Source of the DNA: a virus
Strand: one strand, 5' to 3'
Virus record (IMG/VR): IMGVR_UViG_3300010885_026047
Location: 49,640-113,639 of that record
Length of the DNA: 64,000 nt
Positions 26,715 to 34,989 of this stretch are shown here, in pieces. A program made the translations under genes and the position numbers. The number at the start of each line of letters is the position of its first letter. The stretch's first letter is position 1. Below the pieces are notes generated by a model that was not told where the DNA came from, did not search any database, and was given only the letters and a program-made list of their open reading frames with translations.

Positions 26715-28734
26715 TAGAAAGCAGTTAGGAGACTTGATAAAGCACTTAGGTTTAACCAAAGGTGTTGCTGAGATAGGTGTAGCAGAAGGCTCGTTCTCAT
26801 CACAGATCATAGAGTGGGGGACTTTTCCACTTTACTTAGTAGACAGGTGGTTATCTGTGCCTGAAGACTATGGAGATAGTGGTTTTGACCAGGAGTGGCA
26901 CGATACAAACTACAGGTCAGTGCTTGAGAGAACGCAACCTCATGGAGGCAAGTGTATAGTCTTGAGAGGGGATAGTTCGGAAATGGCTAACTCTGTACCG
27001 GATAACTCTTTATCTTTAGTCTATCTGGATGCAAACCATACCTATGAAGGAGTTAAACGAGACATAGAAGCATGGTATCCAAAGGTTGAAGAAGGTGGTA
27101 TCATAGCAGGGCATGACTACTTCAGTCAGGACTACGGGGTGCATACAGCTATAAACGAGTTTGTGAACGGAAGGTTTGATATCATACCTATACCTGAGAA
27201 CGAACTAAACAACGCATCTTTTTACTTTATAAAACGACAAAAACAAAAAACAATGGCAGTAACATGTTACTTTTCAGGAAGATTGGGAAACATCTTTTAC
27301 AACATAGCGATGTTGATAGCTTACGCAAAAAAGCACAACTTACAGTACTATATACCCACAGAAGCTATAGCTTGTACTAACCGGGTTCCAACTATAACAG
27401 TTCCATCTACAGGACCTAAACCGGTGAACCCAAGTGTGTATAGAGAACCGAACATGTCTCAAGGTAACCCGTACTATCACGAGATACCTTATATGGACAA
27501 CGTGCTCTTTGATGGCTACTACCAGTCCTTCAAGTACTTTAACTGGTGCAGACAGGATGTACTGGATGCTTTTAACCTGCCACATGTAACAGAGTATGGA
27601 GTAGTGGGTGTATCTGTACGGAGAGGTGACTGTGTAGGTTCTGAACCGTTCCCCATGGCCCCTACTATCTACTATCACAGAGCTATAGAGCACATGCAGA
27701 AACTAGGACATAACCACTTCCGTTTGTATAGTGATGATATACCTTGGTGCAAAGAAGAGTTTACAACAGTCAACTATCCAGGAGCAACCTTTGAGTTTTC
27801 TGAAGGTAGAACAGAACTGGAAGACTATACATCACTTACACAGTGCGAACATAACATAACTGCACGAAGTACGTTCTCTCTGACGGCAGCATGGATGAAC
27901 CAGAACCCGGACAAGATAGTACTTGTACCACAAGAGAACATGTGGTGGAAGAGCCAGAACAGAAACCTGTTAACAGACAGTGGGTTTACACAGATCTTCT
28001 TTCCGCAAGAGTATCATCCTCACATGCTGAAGTACACTTACACTTATAAGGACATCAGTTTCAAGCTTATCATACAGAACTACTGGAAAGACATCTATAG
28101 AGGTGTGGAACAAGAACCTTTGTACCCGGACTACTGCAAGATGTTAGACCTTGTACAGCAGTGTAGTAAAGACAGATATGTGTTGGATATAGGTGCAAAT
28201 CACGGTATCTTTGCTGTACCTTGTTCTCTGTTAGGATATAAAGTGTTAGCGTTTGAACCAGTAGAAAGAAACGTAAACAGTATACAGTTAGCAGCTATAG
28301 AAAACAAACTTACTAACTTTACCATATGCCCATATGCTCTTTCTGACAAGACTGAAACTATAGATATCTACGTACCGGAGTGTTCAGATAACGCCTCTTT
28401 GAGTAAAGACGCTTCTATCTCAAACATGATAAAGAAAGACTACAGTACAGAGACTATACAGTGTGTAAGGTTTGATGACTGGATAAAAGAGTACGAAGTA
28501 TATAAAGATATAGGCTTTATCAAACTTGATGTACAGGGAGCAGAGTACAAGATAGTAGAAGGTATGAAAGAGTTCCTGGAACAAGCACATAACCTTACTG
28601 TAGTGTGTGAGTATGAACACCATTTAGTTACTATGGGCCACTCTTTTGAACAGATGGACAACCTGTTTACTTCTTTAGGTTTCGAGTACAAAGGACATTT
28701 AACACCAAACGATAAGATCTTTTACAAAGCATAA
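26701..28734 (+). CDS. Triple fusion: Methyltransf_24 + GT11 (alpha-1,2-fucosyltransferase-like) + FkbM
   Basis: EIGVAEG/YLDANHTY/GHDY; GRLGN/GYYQS..YF/VSVRRGD/YSDD..W/STFS; LDIGANHG/FEP/KLDVQGAE. Confidence 0.88.
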   Translation: MQIDSRKQLGDLIKHLGLTKGVAEIGVAEGSFSSQIIEWGTFPLYLVDRWLSVPEDYGDSGFDQEWHDTNYRSVLERTQPHGGKCIVLRGDSSEMANSVPDNSLSLVYLDANHTYEGVKRDIEAWYPKVEEGGIIAGHDYFSQDYGVHTAINEFVNGRFDIIPIPENELNNASFYFIKRQKQKTMAVTCYFSGRLGNIFYNIAMLIAYAKKHNLQYYIPTEAIACTNRVPTITVPSTGPKPVNPSVYREPNMSQGNPYYHEIPYMDNVLFDGYYQSFKYFNWCRQDVLDAFNLPHVTEYGVVGVSVRRGDCVGSEPFPMAPTIYYHRAIEHMQKLGHNHFRLYSDDIPWCKEEFTTVNYPGATFEFSEGRTELEDYTSLTQCEHNITARSTFSLTAAWMNQNPDKIVLVPQENMWWKSQNRNLLTDSGFTQIFFPQEYHPHMLKYTYTYKDISFKLIIQNYWKDIYRGVEQEPLYPDYCKMLDLVQQCSKDRYVLDIGANHGIFAVPCSLLGYKVLAFEPVERNVNSIQLAAIENKLTNFTICPYALSDKTETIDIYVPECSDNASLSKDASISNMIKKDYSTETIQCVRFDDWIKEYEVYKDIGFIKLDVQGAEYKIVEGMKEFLEQAHNLTVVCEYEHHLVTMGHSFEQMDNLFTSLGFEYKGHLTPNDKIFYKA

Positions 28735-28743
28735 ACAAACTAT

Positions 28744-30219
28744 ATGATACGAGAAGACAAGTTACACACAAAAACCGCTATACTGTTTTCAGGAAGTGCT
28801 TACAATGTGAAGTTCTCCCTGCAGTCACAACTGGAGAACTTCATCCTACCTAACAACGCTGATGTCTTTATACTGACAGAGAGACGTTGTAAGAACAGAA
28901 AAACGGTCCATGGAGTTATCCCTGATGGCTTTGACCCATACTGGCATGAGAAAGCAGCAACTATAACCCATGAAGAGACTGAACTATCTGATAACGATAT
29001 ACAGTTTATCAAAGACACTTTAGGGGACAGGTTAAAGGGTTTCTATCTGAAAGATGATATGTCTGACTATGTAAACTATCTCAGGAACCAGAGAAGTAAG
29101 ATGATGGAGATAGCTAACAACTACCGTCAGTATAACATAGACAACAACTTACCTAAGAGTTTTGGTTTTGCTATAGGTAACCCTGATGATGGTAACCTCC
29201 GGTGTGTAGTAGACCAGTATGGACATGTTCGTAAGTGCTTTGAGTTGATGGCAGAGTACGAACAACAGCACGGTTTTAAGTATGACTATGTAGTTCGTGC
29301 CCGGATAGACTTTATAGTACCTGACGTGATAGACGTAGAACAGTATACGCTCAACCACGACCAACAGTACTTGTATGTTATGGGCAGTGTTAACCGTGAT
29401 CCTTTTGAGTTTGCTGACGAGTTCTGTTGGTTCTGTAAACGACCTATGGCAGATAAGCTCTTTCCATATCTGGACAGGTTGGGTATGTTAGATGACCGGA
29501 AGTATAAGACTTACCTGGAAGAACAAGCTAACGACTTCAGGTTTGGAGCAGAGACACAGTGGGCTATCTTGTTGAAAGAGTTACAGTTACCTATCATAAA
29601 CGTAAAGATCTTTAGGTCAGCTAAGTTTACAGATGGACAAGACGGATATGACTACATGAACTATATGTATCGGTGGGACATGACCAACATAGAAGAGGAG
29701 TATAAGTTAGTTTGCGACTGTCCAAGTGATATCAACGAACACTTACCAAAACTACGTGAGTATGGAGAGCAGTGTACACATATAACTGAACTTGGAACAC
29801 GGTGGGGTAACAGTACTATAGCTTTTATGGCAGCAAAACCTGGTAAGTTTGTATCTTACGATGTGCAGTACAACTCCCGGATAGACTACCTGAAAAGAGT
29901 AGCTAAGGACAACGAGATAAACTTCCACTTCCGGTTAGAGAACGTAGAACAGGTAGAACTGGAAGAAACAGACCTGCTCTTTATAGACACAAACCACCAT
30001 GTAGAACAGTGCAGTGAGGAACTCAGACTACATGCAGATAAAGCAAAGAAGTTTATAGTTTTCCATGACACAACTACTTTCTGGGAGAAGGGACAAGGGC
30101 ATGAAGTCGGTCACGGTTTGAAGTATGCTATAGAACCGTTCTTAGAGCAACACCCAGAGTGGGTACAAGACTACCGAGCTATGAACAACAACGGTTTACT
30201 GATACTGAAGAGGATATGA
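28744..30219 (+). CDS. GT-like domain + C-terminal Methyltransf_24-like domain
   Basis: TAILFSG, ADVFI, YDYVVRARID; then SDINEHL, ELGTR.G.ST, DLLFIDT.H, VFHDT. Confidence 0.75.
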   Translation: MIREDKLHTKTAILFSGSAYNVKFSLQSQLENFILPNNADVFILTERRCKNRKTVHGVIPDGFDPYWHEKAATITHEETELSDNDIQFIKDTLGDRLKGFYLKDDMSDYVNYLRNQRSKMMEIANNYRQYNIDNNLPKSFGFAIGNPDDGNLRCVVDQYGHVRKCFELMAEYEQQHGFKYDYVVRARIDFIVPDVIDVEQYTLNHDQQYLYVMGSVNRDPFEFADEFCWFCKRPMADKLFPYLDRLGMLDDRKYKTYLEEQANDFRFGAETQWAILLKELQLPIINVKIFRSAKFTDGQDGYDYMNYMYRWDMTNIEEEYKLVCDCPSDINEHLPKLREYGEQCTHITELGTRWGNSTIAFMAAKPGKFVSYDVQYNSRIDYLKRVAKDNEINFHFRLENVEQVELEETDLLFIDTNHHVEQCSEELRLHADKAKKFIVFHDTTTFWEKGQGHEVGHGLKYAIEPFLEQHPEWVQDYRAMNNNGLLILKRI

Positions 30220-30701
30220 TAGTGCAGTTTAAAGAACAGTTAGGGGACTTACTGAGAGAGCTAAACCTACCACTTACAGTACTGATGATAGGTGTGGGAG
30301 ACGGAACTTTCGCCAAACAAGTTATGGACTGGGGGACTACTAGGTTATACTTGGTAGATAAGTGGGAAGGTTACGAACTCGATGACTCTTATCTGGGTGA
30401 CTGGTTTGAAAACCCTTTGTTACAGGTAAGAGATAAACTGGCTATATACGACAAGAGACCAGAGCAGTATCTTATCCTGCAGGGAGACGAGAAAGAAACT
30501 CTGGAACATATACAGGACCAAAGTGTATCTCTGGTATATATGGATCAGGAAACCGTAGACAGAGAACTTATAGAACTATCTCTGGAGAAACTGGTAAACG
30601 GTGGTATCTTTGCATGTAAGTACAACGAAAGTGGTATAGAGCAACTATACAAGCTTATAGATATACCAAGAGATAGAAGTGGTTACTTTATAAAACAATA
30701 A
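30216..30701 (+). CDS. Degenerate Methyltransf_24 paralog
   Basis: Resembles the N-domain of 26701 (QLGDL...L.L, IGV..G.F, LYLVD.W, SLVY.D, GGI.A) but lacks the D..H and HD residues. Confidence 0.7.
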   Translation: MIVQFKEQLGDLLRELNLPLTVLMIGVGDGTFAKQVMDWGTTRLYLVDKWEGYELDDSYLGDWFENPLLQVRDKLAIYDKRPEQYLILQGDEKETLEHIQDQSVSLVYMDQETVDRELIELSLEKLVNGGIFACKYNESGIEQLYKLIDIPRDRSGYFIKQ

Positions 30702-30704
30702 CTT

Positions 30705-31853
30705 ATGAACATACTCATAACCGGATCTGGAGGTTTTGTTGGCGGTCATCTTTGTAAACGACTTTTAGAAGAAGGTCATACTGTTATAGGTGCAGATATC
30801 AAACCTATAACCGACTGGGATCAGTATAACTGTACAGACCATCACATAGTAGATCTTAGAGATCAGTCAGCTATCGTATCTTTGTTTGGTTTATATGGTG
30901 TTTTTGACGAAGTATATACTTTAGCAGCAGACATGGGAGGTGCCGGTTACATCTTTACTGGAGAGCACGATGCTGATGTTATGCACAACTCGGCACAGAT
31001 AAACCTAAACATAGCAAAAGCATGTGTTGACTATAAAGCAGGGAGAGTGTTCTACAGTAGTTCAGCTTGTATGTATAACCAAGACTATCAAGACGATCCG
31101 GCTAACCCTGGTTTAAAAGAGTATATGGGATGGCCTTTAAACCCTGATAGTGAGTACGGTGTAGAGAAAGGTTTCTCTGAACGTCTCTACAAAGCCTTTG
31201 AGAGAAACTACGGACTAACTGTACGGATAGCCAGGTTCCATAACATTTTCGGTCCACAAGGTACTTGGAAAGGTGGTAAAGAGAAAGCACCTGCAGCTAT
31301 ATGTAGAAAGGTTGCTGAGACACTTGAAGGTCCTCCAAAACACTACAAAAAGCTTACATGGGTAAAAGAGAATGGATCTACGGTACAGGACATAGTAAAC
31401 ACTAACTATACTATAACATATCCTCCTGTTTATAACACACTTATAAACGGTGAGAAAACTGCTGAAACTCTTGTACAAGGAGAACACTTAGACGATCTTT
31501 TTATACCGGGGACTATAGATATCTGGGGAGACGGTAAACAAACACGTAGCTTTCTCTACATAGATGAGTGTATAGATGGGGTTATAAAACTGATGAGATC
31601 TGACTGTACAGATATAGTCAACATAGGTTCTGATGAGATGATCTCTATAAATGATCTGGCAAAGATGGTTATAGATATATCAGGTAAGAACTTAACTATC
31701 AACAACATAGATGGTCCTACCGGTGTAAGAGGGCGTAACTCCAACAACGATCTTATCTTTGAGAAACTTAACTGGAAACCGACACAACCACTTCGTACAG
31801 GTATGGAGAAACTTTATAACTGGGTAAACGAACAGGTATGCAGCAACAAGTAA
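30705..31853 (+). CDS. GDP-mannose 3,5-epimerase-like NAD-dependent epimerase with internal insertion
   Basis: GSGGFVG, LAADMGGAGYI, YSSSACMY, YGVEK, RFHNIFGP.GTW.GGKEKAPAA.CRK, WGDG.QTRSF, GVRGRNS.N. Confidence 0.9.
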   Translation: MNILITGSGGFVGGHLCKRLLEEGHTVIGADIKPITDWDQYNCTDHHIVDLRDQSAIVSLFGLYGVFDEVYTLAADMGGAGYIFTGEHDADVMHNSAQINLNIAKACVDYKAGRVFYSSSACMYNQDYQDDPANPGLKEYMGWPLNPDSEYGVEKGFSERLYKAFERNYGLTVRIARFHNIFGPQGTWKGGKEKAPAAICRKVAETLEGPPKHYKKLTWVKENGSTVQDIVNTNYTITYPPVYNTLINGEKTAETLVQGEHLDDLFIPGTIDIWGDGKQTRSFLYIDECIDGVIKLMRSDCTDIVNIGSDEMISINDLAKMVIDISGKNLTINNIDGPTGVRGRNSNNDLIFEKLNWKPTQPLRTGMEKLYNWVNEQVCSNK

Positions 31854-32059
31854 ACGATCCGATATGGCAAGTAGTTCTGCAGATAGAGAAGAACTACATG
31901 ATGGTTTACAAGGGGCAAGATGTAACTGAGTTTATATCTGCTCCAGACAAAGAAGCAGCTATAGACAAAGCACTTAGAGCTAACGATATGGAACGATCAC
32001 ATATACCTGAAGTAGCTACAGTAAAAGGAGTACGACAACTGGAAGAACATGAAGAGTAG
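31838..32059 (+). CDS. Small hypothetical protein
   Basis: 73 aa, overlapping both neighbours. Confidence 0.6.
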   Translation: MQQQVNDPIWQVVLQIEKNYMMVYKGQDVTEFISAPDKEAAIDKALRANDMERSHIPEVATVKGVRQLEEHEE

Positions 32060-34304
32060 CTATAAGATACCCACTTGGAGTCCGGAGAAAAACTGGCACT
32101 ACACAAAGTTTCCTAACAAGGAAGCTTTTCGTGTTTATGTCAAGTCCTTGTTTAAAGAACCGGGTAAGTACAAGTTTGACGAGACCAGTTTCAAGTTTAA
32201 CGAACATAGTAGGTTTTTCACCAAGAACAAAGTATATACTATAGCACCTGAAGACTCACAAGACTTTTACGAGTACTGGGACACAGAAAAAGAGAAGTGT
32301 AAGAAGGGAGTTATTTTTCATAACGACAAAGGAGACAGTTGGTATCTGACTCGATGGTACTACCACTGGATAAACTTCCTGCAGATATACGACAAGAGAC
32401 CAAGTGTAAAGAGTTTCAACTTCCCGGATGTCATGGATCATCAGTATCATGTCTGTCTATACGAGATGTGTGCTATACTCCATGGCAAAGACGAAGCTGC
32501 GTTAAAGAAACGGCAAATGGCTTGGTCATATATGCATGAGGCTCGTATGTATAACTGTTACTTGTTTGATAGTGGTTTTGTTGGTAAGATGGTTGCTTCT
32601 GATAAGAAGTATATCAACGCTACTGGCGGTGAGTGGAAGTTCTTAGATGAGTATCATAACTTCAACAACACGCATACTGCATGGGCCTGTTCTAACAACC
32701 CTCACAAGGAGTTCTCCTGGAAGCAACAAGTAGAACAGAAAACAGTTGATGGTAGAAAGGTGTTTATAGGTTCAAAAGCAACTATCTCCGGGATAACTCT
32801 TGATAAAGACCCGATCAGTGGAGTAGGAGGTGCCTGTGACTTATGTATATATGTAGAAGGAGGTATAGCTCCAAGTGCAAACATCACACATGGGTTTATG
32901 AAACCAGCTATGAACTTTGGTGGGATAAAGACAGGTACGTTTAACATAGGAGGGTCTGTGGGTGATCTGGATCAGTGTGAACCACTAAAAGACATGATCG
33001 AAAACCCAGAAGGTCATGATATCTATGCTATAGAGTCTAACTTACTAGATGAGAACGGAACTATAGGTATGACTGGTTTGTTTATACCGGAACAGTGGGG
33101 ATATAGTGGAGAAACGGAAGAAACAAACTGTATAGACCAGTACGGTAACTCTCTGGTAGAAAAAGCACTGGAAGTACTTAACAAAAAGTATACTCAGGCA
33201 AAACTTACCAAAAAACACGAAGACTATCAACTGGCAGTATCACAAGGACCAAGAAACATAGCTGAAGCTTTTGCTATTCGTAAAGTATCTGTGTTCCCGG
33301 TAAGACACACTGCAGCACAAACAAAACGTATAGAAGACGGAGAAGTATATCTACGTTATGTAGAACTTGAAAGAGACGAAGATAACTCTATAAGTTTCAA
33401 GATAACTACAGATAGAAAACCCTGCCCATATCCGATAAAGTTGACTGAAGAAGACAAGAGAGGTGTGGTAGTTGTTCATGAGTTTCCTGGTAAGAGTCCT
33501 GAGTGGGGAGACTTTTACTTCTCTGTAGATCCAGTCGAAGTGGGCAAGTCCGAAACTTCGGACTCCTTAGCAGCTATCTATATCTATAAGAACCCGGTTA
33601 AGGTTACACAGATAGACGAAGAAGGTAACAGTACAACATATATAGAACGTGGTAAGTTGGTATGTGAGTGGGTAGGTAGGTATGATGACCCTAACGAAAC
33701 CAACGAACAGCTATCCAAGGTAGTGGAGTGGTATAACGCATGGGGTATAAGTGAGAACAACAAGACCTCTTTCAACAACTATATGATCCTCAAACGGAGA
33801 GTTAAACACTTAGCTCCTTCTACCGAGATGTTGTATGACAAAGAGATAGGAGTATCTCAGAACGTTTACCAGAAGTTTGGTTGGTCTAAAACAGGCAGTA
33901 ACGAAACAGGTATCTGGAAGAAGATGTTAACAGACGGTATCAACTATCTCTCTGAAGAGTTAAAAGAAGACAGAGATGAGGAAGATAAAGTTGTCAAGGT
34001 TCACTATGGAGTAGAACGTATACCGTTTATATGGCTTTTGAAAGAGATGCAAGAGTATCAGCCAAAGAAAAACTTTGACCGGGTTATAGCTTACTGTGCT
34101 CTTATATCTTTTGCTAAGATACAAGAAGCTGCCAGGGAGATCAAAGAGAAGACAGAGCGAGTATCGGATACGAACAAAAAGCATACCTTTACTAGGTCAA
34201 ACTTTTTAAAGTCAGTAGGTAGACAGCAACAAGCAACTCAACAAAGACCTATGCAGATGTACAGAAGTGTTGGCAAACAACAACTCACAGTTAAAAAGAA
34301 GTAG
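32049..34304 (+). CDS. terL: Terminase large subunit (crAss-like)
   Basis: KKRQMAWSY Walker A variant, IYVEGG Walker B, LFIPEQW, P....EAF, RNase H-like SVDPV, ENN, NFDR. Confidence 0.9.
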   Translation: MKSSYKIPTWSPEKNWHYTKFPNKEAFRVYVKSLFKEPGKYKFDETSFKFNEHSRFFTKNKVYTIAPEDSQDFYEYWDTEKEKCKKGVIFHNDKGDSWYLTRWYYHWINFLQIYDKRPSVKSFNFPDVMDHQYHVCLYEMCAILHGKDEAALKKRQMAWSYMHEARMYNCYLFDSGFVGKMVASDKKYINATGGEWKFLDEYHNFNNTHTAWACSNNPHKEFSWKQQVEQKTVDGRKVFIGSKATISGITLDKDPISGVGGACDLCIYVEGGIAPSANITHGFMKPAMNFGGIKTGTFNIGGSVGDLDQCEPLKDMIENPEGHDIYAIESNLLDENGTIGMTGLFIPEQWGYSGETEETNCIDQYGNSLVEKALEVLNKKYTQAKLTKKHEDYQLAVSQGPRNIAEAFAIRKVSVFPVRHTAAQTKRIEDGEVYLRYVELERDEDNSISFKITTDRKPCPYPIKLTEEDKRGVVVVHEFPGKSPEWGDFYFSVDPVEVGKSETSDSLAAIYIYKNPVKVTQIDEEGNSTTYIERGKLVCEWVGRYDDPNETNEQLSKVVEWYNAWGISENNKTSFNNYMILKRRVKHLAPSTEMLYDKEIGVSQNVYQKFGWSKTGSNETGIWKKMLTDGINYLSEELKEDRDEEDKVVKVHYGVERIPFIWLLKEMQEYQPKKNFDRVIAYCALISFAKIQEAAREIKEKTERVSDTNKKHTFTRSNFLKSVGRQQQATQQRPMQMYRSVGKQQLTVKKK

Positions 34305-34305
34305 T

Positions 34306-34977
34306 ATGGATAACATAGTTGTATACAGATATCTGAGAAACGATACAGGTTATCCTGTTTATATAGGTATAGGTACTTTAAAACGTGCCAGAGATACAAA
34401 GAATGGACGGAGTGAGTTCTTTAAACGTATCAGAGATAAACATGGTATAGAGTTAGAGATAGTTGAAGAAAGGTTAGACTGGAACACTGCTGCTGAAAAA
34501 GAGAAGTGGTGGATAGCTTTATATGGTCGTATAGATAACGGTACAGGGATACTTTGTAACCTAACAGATGGTGGAGAAGGAAGGTTTGGTTGTAAATTAT
34601 CACCTGAGAGTATCCAGAAGGGAAAAGATACAAAAGCAAGAAATGGGTTTAAAGGGATGCTAGGAAGAACTCATACTGAAGAAGTAAGACAAAGAATGTC
34701 TAAAAGTAGGCAGGGTAGAGAAGTCACAAAAGAGACAAGAAGAAAGATAAGTGAGAGTGAGAAAGAAAAGCCAAAACGTAGGACTGAGAAGTTTATACAA
34801 GCTATAGCTAACAGGATAGGTAAGACACACAATGTCAGAGCAGTTATAAACACCACTACAGGACAAGTATTTCCATCAGTTCGTCAAGCTGCAGAAAGTG
34901 CAGGTATCAGGGATGCCACATTGGGCAGGAAACTAAGAGGGGATAGGACAAACAACACAAGTTTTAAGTTTATATAA
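34306..34977 (+). mobile_element. Free-standing GIY-YIG-like homing endonuclease with NUMOD3/NUMOD1 repeats
   Basis: VYRY...PVYIGIG...RA, E...I..YGR, NLTDGGEG, HTEEVRQRMS, TGQVFPSVRQAAE; lies between terL and portal. Confidence 0.8.
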
Positions 34978-34989
34978 AACATACAAGAC

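Noticed and set aside
18475-31853. Host capsule/LPS locus, i.e. prophage boundary or contamination
   Set aside because: The genes overlap phage genes on both sides, share the phage's AAT/ATT depletion and lack wzx/wzy or initiating transferases.
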